64,000 bases of DNA from Anaeramoeba ignava BMAN (GCA_028826165.1 JAPDFW010000059.1:1550001-1614000), one strand, 5' to 3'; shown: positions 9,820-24,000, counted from the stretch's first letter. Notes: generated by a model not told the origin, from the sequence alone. Numbers and translations: made by a program.

Positions 9820-12800
9820 TTATTGAATTTCTTTAACTATTCCAATAGCAATTGTTTTCCCATGTTCTCTAAGTGTAAATCTACCAAATTGTTTATTTTC
9901 ACTAAATTCTTCAATAGGAATAGGTTCATTAGTTTCAAATAAAACAAAAGCAGAAGAATTTTTAGGAATTATTCTAGGATTTTTCTTTGTAGTTTCACCA
10001 GTAGATTTATCAATCAATCCAAATATTTTTTTAATAGTAACAGGTTGAGTTAAAGATTGAACATATAAAATTCCTTGAAAACCAACAACAATTGGAACAT
10101 CAATTTCTAATGTAATAATTTGTGCAGAAAAAACTTGTGTAATTGGAATAGGATGTTGAGGATCACAAAGAATTTGTCCAGGACTAAAAAATTCAATTAA
10201 AACATATTTAAGAATTTTGAAAAATTATATTTGGTTTTTTTTTTTTGAGATTTTATACATTAAAAGTGATTGATCAATTCCTATTAATGAAATTTCTACA
10301 TTTTCTCCTGATTGAGCAAATTTTGAATTTTGTTTTCCCTTTTTAATTCCTTTTACATTACAATATTGGTTCAAAGGTTTAATCAACAACTACAAATTAA
10401 ATATTTCAAATTAAATATTTCAAATTAAATATTTCAAATTAAATATTTCAAAATTAATATTTCAAATTAATATAATAATCTACATTATCTCCAGTAAGTA
10501 AAGTCCCATTTTCAATTTTCCCAGCAACACATAATCCAGATACTTGATCTGAAAATACATCAGATATACATAATCTAAAAGGTTTATTATAATCACGAAT
10601 AACAGGCTTAAAATTATCAATTGCTTCAAATAAAGACTTTCCTTGATACCAAGTGGTTTGATAATTAAAATTTGCAGCATTTTCATTATTAAATAAATTC
10701 CACCCAAAAAATCCACTACAAGGAATATATTGAATATTTTCTTCTTGAAACCCAACAAAAGTTAGAAAATTTGACATTTGATCCTTAATATAATTAAATC
10801 GATCTTGAGAAAATCCATTAACATCCATTTTATTGACTGCAATAATAATTTGTTGAATTCCAAATCCTCGAACAAGCATAGCATGCTCTTTTGTTTGTCC
10901 TTTTGAAAATCCTGCTTCAAAATCTCCAGGAGAAGAATCCACAACTAAAATGGCAACATCTGCTTGAGATGTGCCTGATATCATGTTTGGAATAAAATCA
11001 GAATGTCCTGGAGTATCCAATAGTGTTAATTCTTTTGTATTTGTTTCAAATCGTTTAATTCCAACATTAATTGTAACTCCTCGATTTCTTTCATCTTCAT
11101 GCTCATCAGAAACCCATGCAAATTTAAATGATTTCCTTCCTTTCTGTTCGGATTCTTTTTCATATTTGCGAAATAATTTAGAATCAACTAATCCTAAATC
11201 AAGAAGTAAATGGCCTGTTATTGTTGAATTGTGAACCACTGTAAAATCTTCTAGTAAAAATCTTTGTGAGTTTTGTTCAGGATTTTCATTGGGATTAACC
11301 CAAAGTTCAAATCCATAATAATAATCCTTTCCAATATATTTGATTTGAATTCTTGATTCCTTTGAATTGAGAATATCTTTGTTGTTTTCTACTTTGTTTG
11401 TTTCTTTCCCAAAAAAAGATCCATCAACTAAAACAATAATTTGCTTTTTTTGATAAACACTCGATACTCCAATAGACAAAGAACGACATAAAAACAATAA
11501 ATCTTCATGAAATTGTTTTTGTTTTTCTGATAAAACAACTTGATAAAATTTCTCATTTTTATCAAATTCTTGTTGTGAACTCAGAAATCCAAATAAAAAA
11601 CGAATTCGATTTTCCTTTGAATTAACTTTATATTCAAACGGAATTGTAAAATCAATTGATTTATAGGAAAAAATCTCTGCAATCTTTTTTCCTGCTAAAT
11701 ATGGATTCTCTTCAGTTTTTTGATTTTGAAATTCAATAGAAGTGCGAAATCCATATAATTTCTCTTGAGATTTTTTTGGAAGTCTTAAATAATCAAGAAT
11801 AGGGATGTCAATTATTTTCTCTTTGTTTTTTTGCTTAAGTTTGAGTGTTAAAATATGTTTTTCATTAACTATATATTTTTCAGGATAATTTTGATGAGAA
11901 ATTTCAAACATATTCCCAAATCCTCTACTTAATTGAATAATTGATTTAGGTTTTGAATCAAGTCCCATAATTTTCTCTCCAATTTGAATTTCTTGTATTT
12001 TTTTGGTTAATCCATTTTCCATTAATATTTTGGTATCTTTTTTAAAACATTTTCCTGAATCAACATGACCACAAATTACAAGATTAAGTTGTTCTTTTTT
12101 TTGATTTTGATCAATTGATTGTTGTTTTAATATTTTATTAATTTCTTGTTGTTTTGCTTTTGATCTTTGTGGGATTTGGGGTTTTGATTTTGATTTTAAT
12201 GATTGATTTTGATTTTGATTTTTATGATGATTTTGATTTTTATGATGATTTTGATTTTGATTTTGATTTTGATTTTGATTTTGATTTTGATTTTGATTTT
12301 GATTTTGATTTTGATTTTGATTTTGATTTTGATTTTGATTTTGATTTTTTTGAGATTTGTTAATCTGTTTCCTTTGAATAGAGTTCTTATTTCTTTTAGG
12401 AAAATAATTATCTTTCGAGAATTGGGGTTTTTTAGGGAGATTTTCCAATATATTTGTTGTTTTAACTTTTTCATTTGAATCAAAATTAGGTTTTTGATAA
12501 ATTTCTCCAATTTCATATTCCATTTGTTGTTTAGTATTAATTTCTTTTCTTAATAAATCATTTGAGTTATCAATTTGTTGAGTATTTAAATTGAAATTTT
12601 GATTTTGATTTTGATTTTGATTTTGATTTTGATTTTGATTTTTATTTCTATTTTTATTTTTATTTTTATTTCTATTTTTATTTCTATTTCTATTTTTATT
12701 TCTATTTTTATTTTTATTTCTATTTGTATTTTGGATCGGAATTTCAATTTGATTTTGATTTTGATTTTGATTTTGATTTCTGTTTTTTGATTCTTGATTT

Positions 12801-13377
12801 CTTTGTAAAGAAAATATTGCATTATTTGAAAGTTCATTTGTTTGTAAAATTTCTAAAGCTTTTTCAATTTCAAAATTGGATTCATTTAAAGCATTTATAA
12901 TTTGATTTTCAGAAAAAATATCTTTGCCAATAATTGAATAAATTTGAGCTAATCCAATTTCAATATCTTTTTCACTATTTTCAGAATTGTCTAAAACTGT
13001 TTGATTTTTTGTTTGATTTTTTGTTTGATTTTTTGTTTGTTCATTCAAAGAAATATTAAAATCTATTGAAAAATCTTTTGAATCATTTTGTTTTTCTTTT
13101 TGTTTAAATGATAAAAATATTTCTCAAATTAAAATCTAAAAGGAAATTTTTTTTTTTGTTAAAAATTTTAAATTGTTTTTTTTTTTTACTTGAATTATCA
13201 GAAAAATCATTTTCATAAAAATCATCTGAATCACTTGAAGAAAAATAAAAATCATATGAAGATTCTATTTTATTTTAATTAAATTTAATTATAAAATAAA
13301 TTTTTAATTAAATTTTTAATTAAATTTTTAATTAAATTTTTTTTATTACGTTTAATTTGAATTCTTTTTTTAGACAT
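9820..13377 (-). CDS. HBS1L: HBS1-like translational GTPase (ribosome rescue), intein-containing precursor
   Basis: Exons 13377-13350, 13264-13190, 13062-10484, 10389-10259 and 10183-9820 splice in frame. N-terminal HBS1/UBA-like helix (IINALNESNFEIEKALEIL). GTPase motifs GHVDSGK..S, SFKFAWVSDEHEDERNRGVT, DTPGH, NKMD; EF1A-like C-terminus FGRFTLRE. Confidence 0.9.
11228..12049 (-). mobile_element. Intein (274 aa) with degenerate LAGLIDADG homing-endonuclease remnant, inserted in the HBS1 P-loop
   Basis: Interrupts GHVDSGK|STITGH. Starts CFKKDTKILMENG (block A), has YIVNEKHIL (block B) and YYGFEL (block F), and ends FLLEDFTVVHN followed by Ser+1 (block G). 822 nt, in frame. Confidence 0.95.
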
Positions 13378-13481
13378 TTTTAAAAAAAAAAATGAAAAAA
13401 AATGAAAAAAAAAATTTTTAGAAAATTAAAATAAAAATTCATTTTTTTCTTCTTTTTTTTGAAATTCTTCGATCTGAAGAA

Positions 13482-15603
13482 ATGGATCAAATAAACTTTC
13501 TTGAAAAACAATCCTCAAACAAACCTTTGCGAAGGATGAACTTTTCACGTTCAGGAATTAAAGGAAAACACTAACGAAGATCCAGAATTACTTTCACAAC
13601 ATTCTTTAAAATTAATACCGATTAATAAATACACAAAGAATAAAAAGGACAAATCACCGCCTTCCCCGCGATATGGACCTGTTCTCACCTCGCAACAAAT
13701 AACTCCATTATATTCAATGGCAAATAACGTACTGGAAAATGATACACCAAAGAGGAAACCGCATAAACACTCCCACTTGAAAAATGATCTTGAAAAACTT
13801 GAAAAACTTGATGAACCGATTCAAAATTCCCAGACAAACTTGACCCAACGCACAAGCTTTAATAAAGAGCAATTTATTCACAAAAGAAATAATCCTTTAA
13901 TTGAAAATAAACAAAATCAACAAAGTCAATCTTTTGATTATTCCTCTTTGAAAAATCCTTATTTGTTTAATAAACAGAAAGAAATTCCTAAATCTTCCAA
14001 AAAGAACCATCAATTACAAACAAATCTTAAGGAAAACGAGCAAATTGAAGTTAAATTTTATGATCATAATAATCGATTGGAAAATATCAATTCAATGATT
14101 GATTCAAATGAAAATTATTTTTCTTCACAATTCCCAATAAATTCAAGAAATGTTTCAATGCAAACTCCAACATGGAATTCCCAGAAATGGTCTCCTTCGT
14201 TTTTGGCGAAACCCTATGTTTATTTCGATATTGGAACTCAAACAAATGAATCAAGTTTTCCGATTGATTTGCGATATCATTTTATTGAAATTGATATAAA
14301 TGAAGAAATTAGGAACCAAATGCACACAAAATCATTGCATAAACATCATCACCATCATCAACCAAATTTATTTATTAATCAGGATTCCACGAATATTAAG
14401 AAAAAATCAAGAAGAAGATCATCAAATTTAAGTCAAATTTAAGATCAATTCTCCATTATCAACTTCTCCTCCAAACACAGAATCCTATAATATTAATAAA
14501 CAATTTGACAGTAATTTTATTCCATTTAAAATGTTCTCCTATTTTACTAATTCTTTACTCATTTGAAACTATTTAATTTTTTTTATAAAAAACTAATCTA
14601 ATTTGTTGGTTAATTTCCTCATCAAAAAATTCATTTTTTTAATGTTTATTAATTTATAATTCCTCATAAAAAAAAAAGATTCACAAAGAGAACTTGAAAT
14701 ATCATATGCTTATCCTGTATTTATTTTAATTTATTCAATTTAAATTTTAAAAAATAAAAATTTTTAATTCAATTTAATTTAATCAAAATTTATCAAAATC
14801 AAATTCATTAATAACTTACAAAAACTCAAATATTCTCGCTTTCCAAAAACCAAAAAACAAAATCCACAATACATTCCAAATTGAAAACCTACTTCCAGAG
14901 ATTTAAACAAAAACAACAATTTGGAAACGAATTCAGATCTGCAACTCCTGATGTCGGAACAATTCATCATTCAAGAAGACAAATATCACCGAGGTTTACA
15001 CAAAAACGTTTCCCAGAATCACCAACACGAAAAATATATGATGAAGATCTGCAAAATGAGCTCGAAACATATTCACTTGCTGATAATCATTTTTCTCGAA
15101 AATTTCAATTTGAAAATGAAAAAAATCCAAGAAATCAATTTCTTTCTCGTTTTGATTCTAAAGTCTCAGATAGACCCAGTGATCCTTTAGCTAAAGGTTT
15201 TGACAGAGAGGAATTCATGACTCTTTCCGAAACTCAAAGACACCAATCCACAAATAGAAATGTAGAAAATTTACCAGAAAAGCTTAATTTTGAAACTAAA
15301 CCAAACTCAAAAATCTTGTTTAATCAACAAGAAAAAAAGATCAATCCCAATATTTTGGATCGTCAAGAAAAGTTGGATTATTCTCAAAACAAACCCTCTT
15401 TCAATCCTACTAAATATTCAGAAAAACATTTACCAAAAGCTCGATATTCAAGACAACATGATAGATGGATTGGTGTTTCAGATCAAATTGTTTCAAGAAT
15501 GAAGGGTCCTGATCCCTCAAAAAGAAGTGAAATTAGTTCTACAAGATCTCAAAGTACTGCTTTTTCTAGTACATTCTCACAGAAATCATTTTCTGATGTT
15601 TGA
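13482..15603 (+). CDS. Hypothetical, largely disordered S/Q/N/K-rich protein; exon structure uncertain, probable indels
   Basis: ORFs 13717-14442 and 14881-15603 have coding-like composition. An upstream ATG at 13482 is out of frame, and coding-like sequence continues in another frame after 14442. No domain recognised. Confidence 0.45.
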
Positions 15604-15687
15604 ATTTTTGTTACAAATGAAATTAAAAAAAAAAAGCAAAAATATTTTTTAAATAAAAATTAATTTTTTTTTTCCTTCTATTCCTTT

Positions 15688-17375
15688 TTATTTCTTTTTA
15701 ATATTTTCTTCAGAAAAAGATTTAAATTTTTTGTGATTTAATTTCTTGAATTCTTCTTTTATCTTCTTGAAATTTTTCTCTTAATTGATCAATTTCTAAA
15801 AAAATAATAAATAAATTAAAATTAAATTAAAATTAAAATTTAAATTAAAAATAAATTTTTTAACCTTCTTTTCTTTTTTCATTTGTTTGAAAACGATAAA
15901 AATCATCATAAAATTCTTTCTTCTTTTTCTTTTTCCTTTCTTTTTTTGGAATTTGATAAGATTTTTTAAGATTTTGTTTAACTGGAAAAAAACCATCATT
16001 ATCAGGAGTTGATCTTTTTTTTTTAAATTTTTGAAGATGAATTTTTTCTTTAGATTCGAATTTTGACATAAAATCATTAACACCATCAATTAAGACATTT
16101 TGAGAAGGATTATTTTTAAGGAATTGTTTAGTCCATTCTTTAAATAAACAAATAAAATAATTTTATAATTTTAAATTGAATTTTATAAATAATTTTATAA
16201 ATAATTTTATAAATAATTTTATAAATAATTTTATAAATAATTTTATAAATAATTTTATAAATAATTTTATAAATAATTTTATAAATAATTTAATAAATAA
16301 TTTTATAAATAATTTTATAAATAATTTTATAAATAATTTTATAAATAATTTTATAAATAATTTTATAAATAATTTTAAATTGAATTTTATAAATAATTTT
16401 ATAAATAATTTTATAAATAATTTAATAAATAATTTTAAATTGAATTTTATAAATAATTTTATAAATAATTTTATAAATAATTTAATAAATAATTTTATAA
16501 ATAATTTTATAAATAATTTTATAAATAATTTTATAAATAATTTTATAAATAATTTTATAAATAATTTTATAAATAATTTTATAAATAATTTTATAAATAA
16601 TTTTATAAATAATTTTATAAATAATTTTATAAATAATTTAATAAATAATTTTATAAATAATTTTATAAATAATTTTATAAATAATTTAATAAATAATTTT
16701 ATAATTAATTTTATAAATAATTTTATAAATAATTTTATAAATAATTTTATAAATAATTTTATAAATAATTTTATAAATAATTTTATAAATAATTTTATAA
16801 ATAATTTTATAAATAATTTTATAAATAATTTTATATATAATTTTATAATTAATTTTAAATTGAATTTTGAATTGAATTTTAAATTAACTTTTAAACCCAT
16901 TCAAATATTTAATTGGTTTTTCTTCATTTCTTTCATTTTCTTCTTCTATTCCTTTCAAAAAATAATTAATTGATTTTTCATCTTCAAATTTAACATAAAC
17001 AAAACTATTTTCAGGAATTGCTTCATTTTCATCATCATTTTTAATAGGATTAAACAACATTGACTTAATAACAAATAAAGGTGATAAATTTTGAGATGAA
17101 TCATCTTCATCTTTTTTTTGATATTCTTTTTGTTTTTGTTGAATTAATGATCCTGTTTGAATTGAAATGATTTTTCCAAATTTTGAAAGATAATTTTTAA
17201 GTTGTTTTTTTGTAATATTTTGAGGAATATTTGTTATAAATAATGATTTTTCTTTATATTGAAGTTTTGTATTTTTTTGTTGAGAATTAATTTGAGTTTT
17301 ATGTTTTTTTGTAAAAATAAAACTGTTAAAAAAACTATTTTGAATTTTAAAAGGAATAATTTGAAAAGAATTCAT
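15688..17375 (-). CDS. RRP7: Ribosomal RNA-processing protein 7 (RRM + RRP7 C-terminal domain)
   Basis: RRM (SLFITNIP...FVYVKF). Spliced GFKKW across intron 16138-16888. C-terminal PDNDGFFPV, KKKKKEFYDDFYRFQ and DQLREKFQEDKRRIQEIKSQKKFKSF are typical of RRP7A. Confidence 0.85.
16180..16850. repeat. Near-perfect 12-bp tandem repeat (TTTTATAAATAA)n inside an RRP7 intron
   Basis: Directly visible; it yields the spurious NFIN/KLFI ORFs. Confidence 0.95.
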
Positions 17376-17629
17376 TATTTTTTTTTTAAAATGAAAAAAA
17401 TGAAAAAAATGAAAAATATTATTTTTGTTTTTGTTTTTAATATTTTTTTTTTTGAAAAACAAAAAGATAAAAAGAAAATGAAAAATTAAATTCTTTTTTT
17501 TGATTTTGATTTTGATTTTGATTTTGATTTTGATTTTGATTTTGATTTTGATTTTGATTTTGATTTTGATTTTGATTTGTTTTGATTTTGATTTTGATTT
17601 TGATTTTGATTTTGTTTTTGATTTTTGGA

Positions 17630-20115
17630 TTATTGTTTTTGATGACTTCGAATTTTAAAAATCCAATCATCTCTTTCTGCAGAAGTATTTGTAGAGAAAA
17701 CACATTTTCCATCAGAATAATTAATAATAAAACAATTTTTTGTTTTATAAACTTGTTCAGTTCCAAGATAAACTTGATTTTGACGAATATCAAGAACTTT
17801 TTCAGGTTTTTTATCATTTTTGGAATAAACAATTAAGAAATTTCCAGATAAAATTAAGTTCTTTCTTTTTCCTTTCATTTTACGGGAAAATAATTTTTTT
17901 TTCTGGTTTGAAACTTCAAAAAATTTAACTTCTCCTTCAAGATCAATACTTAAAGGATTATCTCTATTAAATTTAGAAACTAACTCATCATAGCTGTCAC
18001 TTCTTGGCTTAATATTTTCATTTCTAATAATATTTTCTTTTGAAGGTTGTTTAGCAATTTCTTTGACTTCATTTTCCTTTTGTTTTCTTGGTGTTTTTGG
18101 TGTTGTTTCTATGCTTTTTGATGGTGTTCTTTGGATCACATTGACCCATTCATCTTCATTTTGTTGTGAATCAAATTCTTCGCCCAGTTCAACTTCAAGT
18201 GCTTTTCGGAAACTGTTTGATTTTTCAAGTTCAATTTTCATGATTTGCTTTTCGATTTTGGTTCTTTCCAATTCAGTATCAAGTGAATCAATGATTTGCT
18301 CTAAAGCTTCCATTTGAATCAATGCTTCTTCAAGTTGAGTAGTTTTTTGGTTGATATTTTCTGTCAAAATTTGGATAATTGCATCTTTTTGTTCTGAAAG
18401 ATCCTTTTTCAATTTTGTTTGTTGTTCTTTATTTTCTTCGTCTTCTTGATTTTTTTCTTTTTTATTCATATTCATATCATTATTAATATTATTATTTTTT
18501 GATTTCTCAGTTGAAATTAAATTTGCTTTTATTTGTCTCATTAATCGTTTATTTTTCTTTTTCAATTCTTTTTTTTCTTCTTTGATTTGAAAGTTTTCAT
18601 CATATAAATCTGCACATCTATAACTTAATTGCTCTTTTTCTTGTATAATTTTATTGAATTCTTCTTTGGATATTTCACTTTCTTTTTTTTCAGTTAATTG
18701 AGAATATTCCCCCATTTTTAAATTAAGTGATTGAATTTCTTTTTCTAAATTTTTTTGATTTTCTTTTAATTGTTCATTTTCATCTTCTAAATTTTTTTGA
18801 TTTTCTTTTAATTTTTCATTTTCTTTTAATTCTTCATTTTCTTTTTGTAATCTTTCAACTTCCTTTTCTAAATATTTTTGATTTTCTTTGAATTGCTCAT
18901 TTTCTTTTAATTCTTCATTTTCTTTTTGTAATCTTTCAACTTCCTTTTCTAAATTTTTTTCATTTTCTTTTAATTGCTCATTTTCTTTTAATTCTTCATT
19001 TTCTTTTTGTAATCTTTCAACTTCCTTTTCTAAATGAGCAATTTCATTTTGAAAAGATTGATTTAATTTTTTGTTATTTTCATTTTCAGATGAAATTTGG
19101 TTGAATTTTTGGTTTGTTTCCTCGATTTTTTTGGGAAAATTTTGATTTTTGATTTCTTTATATTTTGATTTTTTCTTTTGATATTTTTGTTCAAATTGGT
19201 GACTTTTCAATTCAAGTTGAGAATTTAATTGGGATAATTTTGAGTTTTCTTCAATTTGATTTTTAAGTTCTTCATTGAAATTATCTTGAAGTGATGATTC
19301 TTTCATAAGTTGAATTTCTTGTTTTAATTCAGAAATAATTTTGATGTAATTTTCAGTTAAAGCATCTTGTTTTTCATTTTCCAAATTTTCTTGAAGAGCT
19401 AATAAATTTGTGATTTTATTATTTAGTGATTCAATTTCTTCTTTTTGTTTTGAAATTAATTTAGAATCATTTTTGATTTTTTCATCGTTTTTTTTTTGTT
19501 CTTTTTCATTGTTTTGTTGAGATTCAATTAAGTTTTTAATTTTTTGATTCAACGATTCAATTTCCTCTTTTTGTTTGTTAATTTTAGTTGAATATTCATC
19601 AATTTTATTTTGATTTTGTTGAATAATTTGTGTTAATTTTTCTTGTTTTTGTTGATTTTCTTTTTTTTCATTTATTAATTCGTTATTTTTTTCTTCAATT
19701 TCTTTATTTTCTTTTAAATTTTGATTTTCTTTTAAATTTTGAATTTCTTTTTGGAATTCTTTTAAATTTTGATCTTTTTCTTGAATTAATTTTTTCAATT
19801 CTTTCTTTTTTTTTTTAAATTCATCTGATTTTGATTCACTTTTATTTAATTGTTCTTCTTTAAGTAAAAAAGAAAGGATTGAACTTTTTCATTTAATCTT
19901 TCATTTTCTTTTTTTACATTTTGAAGTTCTTGTTCAAGTTTATCTTTATATTTTTTTAATCCAATAATTGTTGTTCTAATTTTATCTTCTGTTTTGTTTG
20001 GTTTTCTTTCGTATGAAAATTTAAATACATTTTGAATTGGTTTTTTGCTTTTCTGTTCAAAAATTGAAGCAATTTGTGAAACTTTTCCTGTACTTAATTC
20101 ATCAACGTTTGCCAT
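17630..20115 (-). CDS. Long coiled-coil protein with C-terminal PH domain
   Basis: E/K/Q/N heptads with repeated LEKEVERLQKENEELKENE. C-terminal KRKNLILSGNFLIVY..KPEKVLDI..CFII..SAERDDWIFKI fits a PH fold. The 5' ORF 19846-20115 is presumed joined by a short intron or indel. Confidence 0.7.
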
Positions 20116-20354
20116 TGAAAAATATTAAAAAAAAAATGAAAAATAAAAAAATGAAAAAATTAAATTAAAAATTAAATAAAAATTAAAAAAAATTAGTAAT
20201 TTTAATTTTAAAATTAATAATCGATCTTCTTTTAATTGTTTATTAAATAAAAATTTAAAAGAAAATTGGAAATTGTTTTTGTTTTTCTTTTATTTTTGTT
20301 TGTTTTTCTTTTTCTTTTCTTTTTGAAAAGAGAAAATTGAGTAAAAAAAAATTT

Positions 20355-21025
20355 TGAATTTGAATTTGAATTTGATTTGAATTGATTTGATTTGAATTTG
20401 ATTTGAATTTGATTTGAATTTGATTTAATTTGATTTGATTTAATTTGAATTTGATTTGAATTTGATTTGGATTTGAATTTGATTTGAATTGATTTAATTT
20501 AATTTAATTTGATTTGATTGGATTTAAATTGATTTGATTTGAATTGAATTTGATTTGATTGAATTTGATTTTGATTTTGGATTTGAATTTGATTTGAATT
20601 TGATTTAATTTAATTTTGATTTGATTTGAATTTGATTTAATTTGATTTTGATTTTGATTTTGATTTTGATTTTGATTTTAATTTGATTTGATTTGAATTT
20701 GATTTGATTTGAATTTGAATTTAATTTAATTTGATTTGAATTTGATTTGAATTTGATTTTGATTTGATTTGAATTTAATTTGAATTTAGTTTGATTGGAT
20801 TTGGATTTGATTTGGATTTGAATTTGATTTAATTTGATTTGATTTGAATTTAATTTGATTTGATTTGATTTGATTTAATTTGATTTGATTTGAATTTAAT
20901 TTGATTTGATTTGATTTGAATTTAATTTGATTTGAATTTAATTTGAATTGATTGAATTTGAATTTGAATTTGAATTTTTGATTTGATTTGATTTGATTTG
21001 AATTTAATTTGATTTAATTTGATTT
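20355..21025. repeat. Intergenic (TTTGA/TTTGAA/TTTAA)n low-complexity satellite
   Basis: Directly visible between two minus-strand genes. Confidence 0.9.
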
Positions 21026-21039
21026 ATTTTTATTTTAAT

Positions 21040-24000
21040 TTAAAGTTGCTTGCAATATTGATAAGCTTCATAAATATGTTTTAAAAGAATTTTTTGTGGA
21101 AAATATTCATTAATTTGACTTCTTGTTTTTTTTGTTCCTTTATATTTACTTAGCTTTTTAATTAAAACTTTTTTCAATTTTTGATTTTCATCTTTATTAT
21201 CTTTTAAATCAAGAATTAATCTTTTCCAACCTTTAAGTAAAATAATCTTATTAACTTTTGTTATAAAACTTTTCAATTTTGATTTTTGACGATTTGTAAT
21301 TTTTTCATAAAATTTAGTTGATTTTAATTTAAGTGGATCATTAATAACTTTATCAAGTTTATGATAAATATCTGAAACATTTTTAATTAAAACTTGAGAA
21401 GTAAAAGTACTTGAACAAGAATAAACATAAGAAAAATCTTGAATTATATCAGATAACTTAAGGACATTTCGAGAAAATTTCATAACTTGTTCATTTATAA
21501 TCTTATCTTGGTTTGTTTTTGATTTCTTACTTTTACTTTTACTTTTACTTTCTTTTTTATTTTGATCTTCGTTTGATTTGTTACTTGAATTTTGCATTGA
21601 AACAAATGATGAAATGAAAATTTCAATAAAATGAAGCATTCTTGAAAATCCTGAATTTGCTTTTAATTCTTCAGAAATTTGAATCCATTTTTGTTTTGGA
21701 ATTTTTTCTTGAACAATAATTTTGTTTAATAATTTTAAACTTTTTTTAATATTTCTATTTTGAAATGGATCAAGTGAAGGATCAAGTGAATCAGCATCAA
21801 TTTTAGTTAGAGTAGATGAGAATGATGATATCTTTGATTCAAGAAATTTCTCAAATATTTCTACATTTGATAAATTAATTTTGTTTTTTGAAATGAAGAA
21901 ATAAATTTCTGAATAATCCAAATGAAAAACTGATGAAATATTTTCAATATTTTTGGAAAGATCTTCTGGAAGTGGGAAATTAAGAAGAATATCATTAAAT
22001 TGAATTTCTTCTTTTTTTTCTTGGAAAATTTCATCAATAATTGTATTATTAAATCTAATAATATATCTAATAATTCCATAAATAAAATTAATAACATCCT
22101 TTTGTTTTCCAATATCAACTTTTTCTTCTGTAATTTCTGGAAATATTACATCTGTAAATGAATTTGTAAAGAATCTTTTTGAGATTTTGTTTGACATATA
22201 ATTCCAAATAACTTGGAAATCTTCAAAAGATTTTGATAAAATATCTGAATTAATATTAGGTTGAGTTTTCAAACTTTGATATAAATAATGAAATCCTATT
22301 GGTTTATCTTTGTTTATGTTTAATGAAATTATTTGATTTGAGAAAAATAGAAATCCAGGAAAACTTGTGAATATTGAAAATTCTTCTTGATGATTGAGAT
22401 ATATGTTCACTAAAGGGAATTGAATTTGATTTCTAAAATCGTTGAATTGATTGTTTGTATTATCAAAAGATAAATCTAATTTATTTGGCAATACTTCAAG
22501 TGGAATTAATGATTCAAGTATTTTGTTTTCTTTTTCTTTAATTTCTTTTAAGGTATTCATTATTTTAGAATGATATTCATTTTGTAAAATTGAAATTATT
22601 TTTTCAAAATTATCTCGATTTTCTTTTTGTATTTCTTTTTGTCTTTGTCTTTCTTTTCCTTTTTGTTTTTTCATAAAATCGAAATCTAATTTTCTTTCTT
22701 CATTTTCCATTTTCAATCTATAGAAAAATAATCTAACATAATAAATTGCATATTCTTTGGAAATATTTAATTGAGTTGAAATAATTTCAAATTCTTCATC
22801 AATTCTATTTTGAATAATTTCCTTGAAATGAATCTTTTCATCATCTAAATTTATATTTTTCAATTTGTTTTCTGGAATAAAAAGACTAACTATTGAAGAA
22901 TTTGAAGTAATTAATCTTGTTAAAAGACATGAAAACAAAATAATACGACATAAACATAATGAAATTGGATTTAATTCTCGAATTGTATAAGCATGAGAAA
23001 TTTGAAATTTAGTAATTTCCCCAATCACTTCTTGATGAATTGAACTTTCTATTCCTGGCCAAAATTCGTTCTTATTTAAAATATTACCTAATTTTGATTT
23101 TGTTCCCTTTTTTTGAATAGAATCACTTAATAATAGAATTGAATAAAAAGGTTCCCATTTTTTCAAATAAACATATTCAAGAATTTGAAGAATCATTATT
23201 GTTTGAGTTTTTGATCCAAAATTATTATCAAGAAGAAGTTGTTTTTGAAGAATTTTAAAGAGATTTTCAATTGAAGAATTAGATTTTATCAATTCAGAAA
23301 CTTCTTTATTGGGGAAATCTGTTTTATTATCAACAATAACTTGTAAATAATTTGTAATTATATTTGACTTAAATTGGTTAATAGTTTCCAAATCTTTTTG
23401 GGTTTTAGATTTGTTTGTTTTTTTCCCTTTCTTGATTGTTGATTTTGTAATTTCATTTGGTCTATCAATAAAAGAAATCAAAAATATCTTTTTTTGTAAA
23501 TTAAAATGTTTTTCATTGAATAATGTTTCATTTTTATCTGAAAATGTATCAATAAGTAATTTGTTTTGTTCCTTATTTTTTTTAAGAATTTGTAATAAAT
23601 AATTTATTCCTATTTTTTTGTAGATTTGTAGAAATGAAAAAATAATCCAACTTTTCATAATTTGTGATTGTTCAATAACAGAATATGCTTTTTCAAGGAA
23701 ATTCTCTGGAAATTGTGATATAAAATGACTTATTTCAACCATTTTTTTAATATCTGAAAATTTGGATATTGCTTCTTTTGAAAAAGTAATCAGAGAATTC
23801 ACTTCTAATTCTTTTTTATTTTGATATTTGTTATTTGTTGATAAAACTTCATGATAAAAATAAAGGATATTGGGAAATAAGGATTGATGAAAGTTTGGTT
23901 TGAATTTGTTTTGAACATCTTTAAAAAGATTTGGATTTTCAAATGTGTTAAAAAGAAAAGAATTCAGTAAAATTTCTTTAATAGAAATGAATTTAAGATC

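Noticed and set aside
16163-16973. 245-265 aa KLFI/NFIN ORFs on both strands
   Set aside because: A stop-free 12-bp repeat inside the RRP7 intron.
20355-21025. Telomere-like repeat
   Set aside because: Heterogeneous, internal and lacking a fixed G-rich unit.
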